Shown: in pieces, positions 37,913 to 46,150 of the stretch
How positions within the stretch are numbered: the stretch's first letter is position 1
How the letters are laid out: each line of letters begins with the position of its first letter
Assembly (NCBI GenBank): GCA_052170475.1
Contig: JBQNAL010000010.1
Coordinates: 680 to 64,679, forward strand
Direction: 5' to 3'
From: Schwartzia sp. (in: firmicutes)
Lineage (GTDB): Bacteria; Bacillota; Negativicutes; Selenomonadales; Selenomonadaceae
DNA length: 64,000 nucleotides
The notes under the pieces: model-generated
The model's database searches: none
What the model was told of the DNA's origin: nothing
The model's input: only the letters and a program-made list of their open reading frames with translations
Program-made: the position numbers and the translations under genes

Positions 37913-37940
37913 ATTATATTGGAAACGTCTACTTTGTCAA
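37913..37940 (-). promoter_or_regulatory. near-consensus sigma-70 promoter driving the riboswitch/importer 2 operon
   Basis: On the minus strand, TTGACA (37940..37935), 16 nt, then TATAAT (37918..37913). Confidence 0.65.
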
Positions 37941-37992
37941 GGGTTTTTTCATCATTTTTTCAGCAGCCATAAAAAGGGATTATACCATTTCA

Positions 37993-38033
37993 GCAAAAAT
38001 GCCCGAGACAGGACTTCTCTCCCGCTCGGGCAT
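37993..38033 (-). terminator. rho-independent terminator of the P-type ATPase gene
   Basis: atgcccgag (37999..38007) pairs with ctcgggcat (38025..38033), with a T-run on the minus strand. Confidence 0.75.
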
Positions 38034-38086
38034 AGGTAATATTTATATATGAACAACTGAGCCGCTATGCGCTTTTCGTGTGAACG

Positions 38087-39973
38087 TCACGCGGCAGCGG
38101 CATTTCTCCGCGGCACCACCATGGCGCGCATGGCATTCAGCACCGCGATCACCATGACACCCACGTCGGCGAAGATGGCGAACCACATGTCGGCCATGCC
38201 GAACGCCCCAAGGATGAGGCAGGCCGCCTTCACGCCCACCGCCATGACGATGTTCTGCTTGACAATCGCGATGGTCTTTCTGGCGATGTACATGGCTTGG
38301 CTGATCTGCTGGGGATCGTCCTCCATCAAAACGACATCCGCCGCCTCGATGGCCGCATCGGAGCCAAGCGCCCCCATGGCGATGCCCACATCGGCGCGGG
38401 AGAGCACCGGCGCATCGTTGATCCCGTCGCCCACGAAGGCGATGCGATGCTCTGTCCCGGCGTGTTCGGCCAAGATTTCCTCCACCTTCTCCACCTTGTC
38501 GGCGGGCAAAAGCTCGCTGTACACCTGATCCAGCCCTAAGCTCTTCCCCACTTCCGCCGCCGTGGCCGCCGAATCCCCGGTGAGCATGACGAGGCGCTTC
38601 ACCCCGGCCGCCTTGAGGGCTTTCAGGGCTTCTTTGGCGTGGGGCTTCTCCACGTCGGAAATGACCACATGGCCTACATACTGCCCGTCGATGGCGACAT
38701 GGATGATCGTGCCGACGCGGTCGCACTCGTGCCACGCGGCGCCGATGGCGTCCATCATCTTGCCGTTGCCGACGGCGACCACTTTCCCATTGATCCGCGC
38801 CTTGATGCCATGTCCGGCGATCTCCTCGATGTCCGCCACGTCGCAGTCGTCCTTTTCCTTCGGATACGCCGCCCGCAGGGAATTGGCGATGGGATGGGAC
38901 GAATAGCGCTCCACGTGCGCCGTCAGATGGAGGAGATCCTCTTCCTGGATGATCTCCGGGTGAATCGCGGTGACTTCAAAGACGCCCCGCGTCAGCGTTC
39001 CCGTCTTATCGAAGACCATGGTATCGACGTTCGCCAGCGCCTCTAAATAATTCGAGCCCTTCACCAAGACCCCACTGGCGGAGGCACTGCCGATCCCGGC
39101 GAAAAAGGAGAGCGGCACGGAGATGACGAGCGCGCATGGGCAGCTGATGACCAAGAGGATGAGCGCCCGCTCGATCCACGTCAGCCACATCGGCTCCATG
39201 CCCATGGCAAACATGCGCACCAGCGGCACGCCCAGCGCCAACCCCACGGCGATGGCACAGACCGCCGGCGTGTAGACCCGCGCGAACCGGGTGATGAAAT
39301 TCTCCGAGCGGGATTTCTTCATGCTGGAGTTTTCCACCAAGTCAAGGATCTTCGCCGCCGTAGACTCGTCCGCTTCCTTCGTCGTGCGGATGCGGAGAAC
39401 CCCGGTGAGGTTGATGCTTCCCGACAGAACCTCATCCCCCGCGGCCGTCTCCCGCGGCAGGCTCTCGCCGGTCAAAGCGTGCATGTCGAGCGTAGAGGAA
39501 CCTTCCACAATCACACCGTCGATGGGAACTTTCTCCCCCGGCTGAACGAGGATGACGGTGCCGACCTCCACCTCGTCGGGATCCACCTTCTCGATCTCCC
39601 CGTCCCGCTCGACATTCGCGTAATCCGGGCGGAGATCCATCAGCGCCGATATGCTGCCCCGGCTCTTTCCCACCGCATAGCGCTGGAACATCTCGCCGAT
39701 CTGGTAGAACAGCATGACGCCCGCCGCCTCGCGGTACTCGCCCATCCCCATCGCGCCCAACGTGGCAATCGCCATCAAAAAGCTCTCGTCGAAGAACTCG
39801 CCGTGGCGGATGCCAAGCCCCGCCTTGCGCAAAATATCATAGCCGATCAAAAGATACGGCACGGCGTAAAGCGCGCCCAGCGTCAGACCGCTGACGGGGG
39901 CGAACTCCAACCCCACCAACAGGGCGACTGTCAGCAGGATGCGCCCCAACACAATCTTTTCTTTCTTCTCCAT
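38087..39973 (-). CDS. heavy-metal translocating P1B-type ATPase (Zn/Cd/Co-type by motif), lacking a fused N-terminal metal-binding domain
   Basis: CPC motif in a TM helix (VISCPCALVISVP), DKTGTLT phosphorylation site, the GDGINDAP hinge and a TGES-like actuator (LTGESLP). Confidence 0.9.
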   Translation of the reverse strand: MEKKEKIVLGRILLTVALLVGLEFAPVSGLTLGALYAVPYLLIGYDILRKAGLGIRHGEFFDESFLMAIATLGAMGMGEYREAAGVMLFYQIGEMFQRYAVGKSRGSISALMDLRPDYANVERDGEIEKVDPDEVEVGTVILVQPGEKVPIDGVIVEGSSTLDMHALTGESLPRETAAGDEVLSGSINLTGVLRIRTTKEADESTAAKILDLVENSSMKKSRSENFITRFARVYTPAVCAIAVGLALGVPLVRMFAMGMEPMWLTWIERALILLVISCPCALVISVPLSFFAGIGSASASGVLVKGSNYLEALANVDTMVFDKTGTLTRGVFEVTAIHPEIIQEEDLLHLTAHVERYSSHPIANSLRAAYPKEKDDCDVADIEEIAGHGIKARINGKVVAVGNGKMMDAIGAAWHECDRVGTIIHVAIDGQYVGHVVISDVEKPHAKEALKALKAAGVKRLVMLTGDSAATAAEVGKSLGLDQVYSELLPADKVEKVEEILAEHAGTEHRIAFVGDGINDAPVLSRADVGIAMGALGSDAAIEAADVVLMEDDPQQISQAMYIARKTIAIVKQNIVMAVGVKAACLILGAFGMADMWFAIFADVGVMVIAVLNAMRAMVVPRRNAAAA

Positions 39974-40063
39974 GTTTTTCCCTTTCCTTTCCCACTGACC
40001 TCGCCGACGCCACGCGCAAAAGAAGAGACAGCCGAAGCACCGCCGACTCCGGCCGCTCCTTCA

Positions 40064-40282
40064 TCAGATGAAGACTTCGCAGTCCGGCTCTACCTTTTTG
40101 CAGGCCTCCCGCACCTTCGGCATGACGACCGCCGGATCGGCGCCCTCCGCAAACTCCACCGTCATCTTCTGCGCCATGAAGCCCACCGACGCCGCCGCGA
40201 CCCCCTCCGTGTTCTTGGCCGCTTCTTCCATCTTCAGCCCACAGGCCGCGCAATCCACTTCGATTTTGTACTTCTTTTTCAT
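40064..40282 (-). CDS. stand-alone heavy-metal-associated (HMA) domain protein
   Basis: 72 aa, MKKKYKIEVDCAACGLKMEEAAK...: an HMA fold with a CxxC motif. I chose ATG 40282, which has a TAAGGAGGAAA RBS. The tracked ORF runs to 40345. Confidence 0.8.
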   Translation of the reverse strand: MKKKYKIEVDCAACGLKMEEAAKNTEGVAAASVGFMAQKMTVEFAEGADPAVVMPKVREACKKVEPDCEVFI

Positions 40283-40402
40283 GATGATTTCCTCCTTAAT
40301 GTTTGCCTCTTTACTTAAATTCCCTTCATGTGAACATTTAATCATATATCAAATAAAAAAGCAAGCCCTTTTTGAAAAAAATTTATAAAAAATCAGTTTT
40401 TC

Positions 40403-40438
40403 CATAAAAAGCCGCGCCCCGCCTATCTTTCGGAGCGC
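40403..40438 (-). terminator. probable terminator of the metallophosphoesterase gene
   Basis: gcgccccg (40414..40421) pairs with cggagcgc (40431..40438), with a T-run on the minus strand. Confidence 0.5.
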
Positions 40439-40515
40439 GACCCTTCCCTCATATCGTTTTTTTCGCGGCAGGGCACCGCTTTATCACGGCTGAGCGCGCG
40501 TGGCGCCCTTTTTTC

Positions 40516-41850
40516 TCATCCCCTTTTTTCAAGGCGAAAGACCGCGATTTCCGGCGGACAGCCCAGACGGTAAGGGAACCAACTGCCGTTGCCGCAGTGG
40601 ACATACCCCATCGTATCCCCCACGCGGTACAGCCCGCGCATGTACTTGAAGACCGGCGGCACGAGCGGCACGCCGAAAACGCCGATCTGACCGCCATGGG
40701 TATGTCCCGTCAAGACGAGCGCCGCGCCGTAACGGGCGGCGTCGTCAATGAAGTCCGGGTGATGCGCCAAGAAGATCGTCACCGCCCCCTCGGGAATCCC
40801 CCGCATGGCGTCCGCCGTGTAGCGCACGCGCAGCGCATCAAACTCGGCGCGGGGAAAAGGATAGTCCACCCCCGCGAAATAGAGCGGGCGCACCCCTTTC
40901 ACCACGCGGACGTGATCGTTCGCCAAGACGCGGATGCGGCTCTTCGCCAACGCCTGCTTCGTGCGGTTGATGTTGCGAAAATATTCGTGATTGCCATAGC
41001 AAAACCAAATGCCCTGCGGAAACCGCTCCACGAAAGCGTCTACCCGCTCCACCGCCGCGACGTTCATCGCATCATCATCAAAGAGGTCGCCCGTGATGAG
41101 GAGCGCGTCCACGCCAAGGGATGCCGTCTCCTCCAAAAGCGCCGTGAGGTCGTCCAAGGAGAAAAAAAGCCCCAAGTGAACATCGCTGAGCTGAGCGACA
41201 CGAAACCCCTCCATCTCCTCCCCAATCCCCAAGAGAGGTACGGAAAATTCCCGCACGACGGTGCTCGTTCGTCCCGCCGTCACGCCATACATACTACTTC
41301 CCCCCGCAAAGAGCGGAATCGCCGCCGCCCCCTGCAAAAGGCGTCGGCGCTCTAAATCCTGCGGCGTCGCCGGACGCTGTAAGAGGCGGCGCACGCCACG
41401 AAAGAGCGCCGCCAAGACGCCGAAGAGAAGCTGCGCCATGAAGGCGCCCGACAAGAACATCAGCGCCAGCCGCGCCAGCCAATCCGGCCAAGAAACAAGG
41501 TGCGAGCCGAAGATGAGCAAGAGCGGCGATGTCACATCGAAGAGGAGCAGCCAGCGCCGATACGCCGTCAGCCGCCCTCCCTCTGCCACCGACCCCAAGC
41601 CCCACCACGCCAAAGCGGCGACCGCCGCCAAAACCGTCAGGAGAATCAACCAGAAGATCAGCACGAAACTTCCTCCTCCAACTCTTCTATGGCTGTACGC
41701 CAACGATGCGCCTATCCCATCGCCGAACCAAAATGCACCCATCGCCCCGCCTGCGCGCGCCACGTGCCACAGGCTCATCATGCCCAACGAAGCTGAAACC
41801 CCGATGAAAGAGAGGGCATCGGCACGCGTCCCCAACGAACGATCATCCAA
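40516..41850 (-). CDS. membrane-anchored calcineurin-like metallophosphoesterase
   Basis: The N-terminal half has several TM segments. The C-terminal half has DVHLG, GDLFDD, GNHE and GHTHGGQ motifs. Confidence 0.8.
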   Translation of the reverse strand: MDDRSLGTRADALSFIGVSASLGMMSLWHVARAGGAMGAFWFGDGIGASLAYSHRRVGGGSFVLIFWLILLTVLAAVAALAWWGLGSVAEGGRLTAYRRWLLLFDVTSPLLLIFGSHLVSWPDWLARLALMFLSGAFMAQLLFGVLAALFRGVRRLLQRPATPQDLERRRLLQGAAAIPLFAGGSSMYGVTAGRTSTVVREFSVPLLGIGEEMEGFRVAQLSDVHLGLFFSLDDLTALLEETASLGVDALLITGDLFDDDAMNVAAVERVDAFVERFPQGIWFCYGNHEYFRNINRTKQALAKSRIRVLANDHVRVVKGVRPLYFAGVDYPFPRAEFDALRVRYTADAMRGIPEGAVTIFLAHHPDFIDDAARYGAALVLTGHTHGGQIGVFGVPLVPPVFKYMRGLYRVGDTMGYVHCGNGSWFPYRLGCPPEIAVFRLEKRG

Positions 41851-41989
41851 AGTAACGGATAAATATCAAAAGGCATAGGACTAATTTTTCATTTATGGGC
41901 TTTCCATTCCCATTTAAGGCGTTTCACGATACAAGGGGGGGAAACTATATTATAATGGAAAAGATGCTATACGAACGACGCAGGAATAC

Positions 41990-44161
41990 ATGGACAAAGT
42001 GACGGCTGCGCTACACGGTGATGGTGCAATCGGAACAGTGCATGATCGCTGCTGCGACATTCCCAAAAAGAAAGAAGGCTGCCTATTTATGTTGGATTTT
42101 CTCCATCGCTCTCCCTCTGCCCCCAAAAAGCCAGAAAAAACGCCTCCACCAAAAGTCACAGAAATTTCCCGTACCGCCTCGCCCTCTCCCGTTGCGCTGG
42201 GGGAGGACATGCGCACGATCGCCCTTCATCACAGCGAAATCTCCGGCAGCAAGCTGAAGGAAGCGCTCAATGTGCCGGGCGGCCCTGCGGCTGTCGTAGG
42301 ATTCGTGTCGCCTGACGGAGATTTTGCCGCTGTCGCGCGCGCCATATCGGCGACGCTGCCGGCACATACCGCCTTGCTTCTCCTCTCCACCGCCGGCGAG
42401 CTCTGCCATGAGGCGGGCAGCGGCACCTATTACCGCCCGGCGGAGGAGAATCGGCAGCGGATCGTCTTGCAGATTTTCTCTCATCGGCTGGTAGAGCAGA
42501 CGCACGTGATGACGCTCCCCCTGCCCGATGAAGATCTCCGCGCCGGAGAGCTGCGCCTCTCGACGGAGGAACGGATCGCCCGCCTCCAAAGCGAAGTGGG
42601 AAAGCAGCGTATCCCTTTCCCGGTAGACTTTCGCGATACCTTCGCGCTCGTTTACGCCGACGGCCTATCCGCCTGTGAGACGTTCCTGCTCCAAGCGCTC
42701 TATCGCTCGAAGAAGCTCCCCTGCCCCTACATCGGCGGCAGCGCGGGCGGGAAATTGGACTTTCAGCATACCTATCTCTACGATGGACAGCGCGTGCACG
42801 AAAATCACGCCGTGATCCTCGTCTTCAAATTGGCGAAGGACTACCGCTACGCGATCTTCAAGACCCAAGCCGCCGAAGATACGGGCACGAGCTATCGCAT
42901 CATCGGTGCCAATGCTTCGCAGCGCTACGTGGAAAGTGTCGATGACGGAAGCGGCGTCCCCATCTCCTTCTTCGCGGCGCTAAAGCAACATTTCCATGCG
43001 TCCTCTCCCGAGGAACTCAATGCCGCGCTCGCTTCCTACACCTTCGCGTCCACCGTGAACGACGCCTACTTCATCCGCTCCATGCAGTCGATCGACGCCG
43101 TGAAGGATCGCGTCTATTTTTACTGCGATGTGGTCTCCGGCGAAGATCTCCACCTCATGCGGCGCACCTCGCTGAAGGCCACCGTCACCGCCGACTATGC
43201 CGCGTTTTCCCGCGGCAAGCCCCAGCCCATCGGCGGGATATTGAACGATTGCATCCTGCGCCGCCTGACCTTTGCGCAGGAAACCGACCACATGGATTGC
43301 TTCGCGGGCATCCCCATCGCCGGTTTTTCCGCGTTCGGTGAAATCAGCGGCCTGCACATCAATGAAACGCTGACGGCGCTCTTTTTCTATCATGTCCCCG
43401 CAGGAGAACCCTTCGAGGACGACGCCATGAAAAATTTCATCACGGCCTATGCGGATTATCAAAAATTCTTCTTGCAGCGTGTTCTGCACCGCCACGAGAG
43501 CGTCGCCCGCCTCAAGAATCGCATCATCGACTACTTCGAGGCCTATCAGCGCGACATCCCCAAAATCATTACCACCATCTCCGCCATTTCCGGCAATGTG
43601 GAGACGGTGGGGACGCTCCTCAACGGCGTCTCGTCCGGGGTAGACGGCCAGCAGGAGATCGTCCTCTCTCTCCTCTCGCGGAACGATAACATCATCCCCA
43701 AAATCGAACTGCTCACAAAGAGCACCAAAAAAATTGAGGACATCATGAACATGATCACCGCCATCGCCTCCCAGACAAATCTCTTGGCGCTCAACGCCGC
43801 CATCGAAGCGGCGCGCGCGGGAGAAGCCGGACGCGGCTTTTCCGTCGTGGCGGACGAAGTGCGGAAACTTTCGGAGAACACAAAGGAAGGACTGGCGGCC
43901 TCCAACGAAGCCACGAAAGCACTGCTCGCCGACGTGGAGGTAATCGACGGCATCCTGACGGACAACAAGAGCTTTGAGGAAAAGGTGCGTGCCGTCGATC
44001 AGGAATTCCACGGCCAATTCGACGAGCTGCAAAAGCATGTCTCGCAAAATTTAGACCAAATCCGCACGGCACGGGACTCCATCCGCCACATTCAAAGCAT
44101 GAGCGACGAACTCGCCACGCATCTTGACCAGTTGAACCGCGTCGTCGCTTCCATCTGCTGA
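41990..44161 (+). CDS. soluble methyl-accepting chemotaxis protein with an N-terminal FIST sensor module
   Basis: The C-terminus carries the highly conserved MCP signalling hairpin ([38 protein letters not shown]). The N-terminal ~420 aa resemble FIST_N/FIST_C ([11 protein letters not shown]...[10 protein letters not shown]; IGGSAGG; AGFSAFGEI). No TM segment is visible. The start is uncertain (41990 or 42089). Confidence 0.75.
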   Translation: MDKVTAALHGDGAIGTVHDRCCDIPKKKEGCLFMLDFLHRSPSAPKKPEKTPPPKVTEISRTASPSPVALGEDMRTIALHHSEISGSKLKEALNVPGGPAAVVGFVSPDGDFAAVARAISATLPAHTALLLLSTAGELCHEAGSGTYYRPAEENRQRIVLQIFSHRLVEQTHVMTLPLPDEDLRAGELRLSTEERIARLQSEVGKQRIPFPVDFRDTFALVYADGLSACETFLLQALYRSKKLPCPYIGGSAGGKLDFQHTYLYDGQRVHENHAVILVFKLAKDYRYAIFKTQAAEDTGTSYRIIGANASQRYVESVDDGSGVPISFFAALKQHFHASSPEELNAALASYTFASTVNDAYFIRSMQSIDAVKDRVYFYCDVVSGEDLHLMRRTSLKATVTADYAAFSRGKPQPIGGILNDCILRRLTFAQETDHMDCFAGIPIAGFSAFGEISGLHINETLTALFFYHVPAGEPFEDDAMKNFITAYADYQKFFLQRVLHRHESVARLKNRIIDYFEAYQRDIPKIITTISAISGNVETVGTLLNGVSSGVDGQQEIVLSLLSRNDNIIPKIELLTKSTKKIEDIMNMITAIASQTNLLALNAAIEAARAGEAGRGFSVVADEVRKLSENTKEGLAASNEATKALLADVEVIDGILTDNKSFEEKVRAVDQEFHGQFDELQKHVSQNLDQIRTARDSIRHIQSMSDELATHLDQLNRVVASIC

Positions 44162-44198
44162 GGCAGCCGAAAAAACACGGCGAAACGCAGCACCACCG

Positions 44199-44233
44199 AA
44201 AACAGCGTCGTCAATCGCCGACGCTGTTTTTTG
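44199..44233 (+). terminator. rho-independent terminator of the MCP gene
   Basis: aacagcgtcg (44201..44210) pairs with cgacgctgtt (44219..44228), followed by a T-run. Confidence 0.8.
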
Positions 44234-44379
44234 TCGTCCTTGTCGATGATGTTCCAGTTGAGATTCGTTCCCAATTTCTTTCATTTTTCCGAAAATTGCT
44301 CCATCGCTATATGCAAAGAGAGCTAAAATGTATATAATGAAGGGTATACGTATTGAACATCTTGACGGGAGGGGTCGTT

Positions 44380-44880
44380 ATGCAAAGGGATCCGCAGATG
44401 GCATTTGATCTGACGGAAGCGCTAAAGACGGAGATCGACGAGGTGATGGAGGCGCATGACCGAGACGCCACGCAGATCGTCGGGATTCTCTTGGACGTGC
44501 AGGATCGCATCGAGCGCCAGTACATCCCGGAAAAGGTGGCGTTTTACATCGCGGAGAAGCTCCCCATCAAGCTCTCTATCATCTACGACTGTCTTACGTT
44601 TTATTCCAGTCTATCGGAAAAACCTCGCGCAAAATACCCCTTGCAGGTATGTCGCTCAGTGGTCTGCCGTGTGAACGAGAGCGATTCGCTCCTCCATACC
44701 CTTCGCCGCCTCCTCAACATCGAAGTGGGGGAAGTCACCTACGACGGGCGGTTCACCTTGGAAGAGGTGCCCTGCTTCGGCGCGTGTGATAAAGCCCCCG
44801 CGATCCGCATCAATGGCGAAGTGTACGGCCATCTCGACCAGCCGGAAAAAGTGCAGGCTCTCTTGGCCAAGTTCATCTAA
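44380..44880 (+). CDS. hydC: NuoE/HydC-like [2Fe-2S] thioredoxin-fold subunit of the hydrogenase
   Basis: The Cys pattern CRSVVC ... CFGACDKAP matches NuoE-type 2Fe-2S. I chose ATG 44380 (MQRDPQ), which follows a GGGAGGGG RBS. Confidence 0.8.
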   Translation: MQRDPQMAFDLTEALKTEIDEVMEAHDRDATQIVGILLDVQDRIERQYIPEKVAFYIAEKLPIKLSIIYDCLTFYSSLSEKPRAKYPLQVCRSVVCRVNESDSLLHTLRRLLNIEVGEVTYDGRFTLEEVPCFGACDKAPAIRINGEVYGHLDQPEKVQALLAKFI

Positions 44881-44895
44881 AGGAGGCGACGGATC

Positions 44896-46149
44896 ATGAG
44901 CAGCGAAGTGCGTTTCATTACCCAAAATTTCGATAAATACGACCCCATGTCCATCGATGCCTACTTGGCCATCGGCGGTTTCTCCGCCTTGAAAAAAGCC
45001 GTGCTGATGAACGGGGAGGACATCGCCGCCATCATAAGTGCCGCCAAGATCAAAGGGCGCGGCGGCGCAGCCTACGACATGGGGCGCAAGTGGTCGCAGG
45101 CGCGCGCCGTCAAGGGCGACCACAAGCTGACGATATGCAACGCCGATGAAGGCGAGCCATGTACGTTCAAGGATCGGGAAATCCTCCGCCGCGATCCCTT
45201 CAATCTCATCGAGGGGATGATCATCGGCGCGTACACCGTCCGAGCGCAGGACGGCTACCTCTATCTGCGGGAGGAATACCGCCACCTGCGGGCGCGTCTC
45301 CAAAACGCCATCCGGCAGGCGGAGGAGCGGGGCTTCTTGGGCGACAACATCTTAGGCATCCCCGGCTTCAATTTCCATATCCACCTCTACTCCGGCGCGG
45401 GCGCTTACGTCTGCGGCGAAGGCACGGCTCTCATCCGCTCCATCGAGGGGAAGGCGGGACGCCCCCGCATGAAGCCGCCCTTCATCAAGGTCAGCGGCGC
45501 TTTCGCTCTCCCCACCTGCGTCAACAACGTGGAGAGCTTCGCCATCGTCCCGCACCTCCTCCGCGACCGAGAGAACGTCTACCTGAAATGCGGCAGCGGG
45601 GAATCCATCGGCACGAAATTGATCAGCGTCGGGGGGAATGTGCGCCGCCCCGGCGTCTATGAGATCCCCTTCGGCACGACGGTGCGCGAAATCATTTACG
45701 GGCTGGCGCAGGGCATCCCGGACGGCCACGCCATGCGGCTCATCCAGTTCGGCGGCGCGTCGGGGAAGATCACCGACAGCCGCGTCTTGGATGTCCCCTA
45801 CACTTACGACGACCTCAAGGCCGCCGGGGTGACGGTCGGCTCCGGCGCTGTCTTAGTCATCGACGAGCGCACCAGCGTCTTAGATTTTCTCCGCATGACG
45901 CAGGCCTTCTTCTCGCACGAAAGCTGCGGCCAATGTACGCCGTGCCGCGAAGGCAACGCCCACCAGAAAATTCTCTTGGAAAAGCTCGCACGCGGCAAAG
46001 CCACCAAGGAGGACATCGCCCTGATGAAAAAGATCGGCGGCATCATGGAGCGCGCGTCTCTCTGCGGCTTAGGGGAAACGGCGCAAGCCGCGCTCCTCTC
46101 CGCCATGGAAGTCTTCCCGGATACCTTTGCAGTCGGAGGTGCTTATTGA
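44896..46149 (+). CDS. hydB: NuoF/HydB-like flavoprotein subunit (FMN/NAD(P)H binding, one [4Fe-4S])
   Basis: GRGGAAYDMGRKW, NADEGEPCTFKDR, GAGAYVCGEGTAL, ESCGQCTPCREG...LCGLG. It ends directly after the N3-type cluster. Confidence 0.85.
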   Translation: MSSEVRFITQNFDKYDPMSIDAYLAIGGFSALKKAVLMNGEDIAAIISAAKIKGRGGAAYDMGRKWSQARAVKGDHKLTICNADEGEPCTFKDREILRRDPFNLIEGMIIGAYTVRAQDGYLYLREEYRHLRARLQNAIRQAEERGFLGDNILGIPGFNFHIHLYSGAGAYVCGEGTALIRSIEGKAGRPRMKPPFIKVSGAFALPTCVNNVESFAIVPHLLRDRENVYLKCGSGESIGTKLISVGGNVRRPGVYEIPFGTTVREIIYGLAQGIPDGHAMRLIQFGGASGKITDSRVLDVPYTYDDLKAAGVTVGSGAVLVIDERTSVLDFLRMTQAFFSHESCGQCTPCREGNAHQKILLEKLARGKATKEDIALMKKIGGIMERASLCGLGETAQAALLSAMEVFPDTFAVGGAY

Positions 46150-46150
46150 C

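Noticed and set aside
39974-40066. Stop-codon read-through or selenocysteine joining the HMA protein to the ATPase.
   Set aside because: There are two consecutive TGA codons, no SECIS-like hairpin that I could see, an implausible linker translation and an independent RBS for the ATPase.
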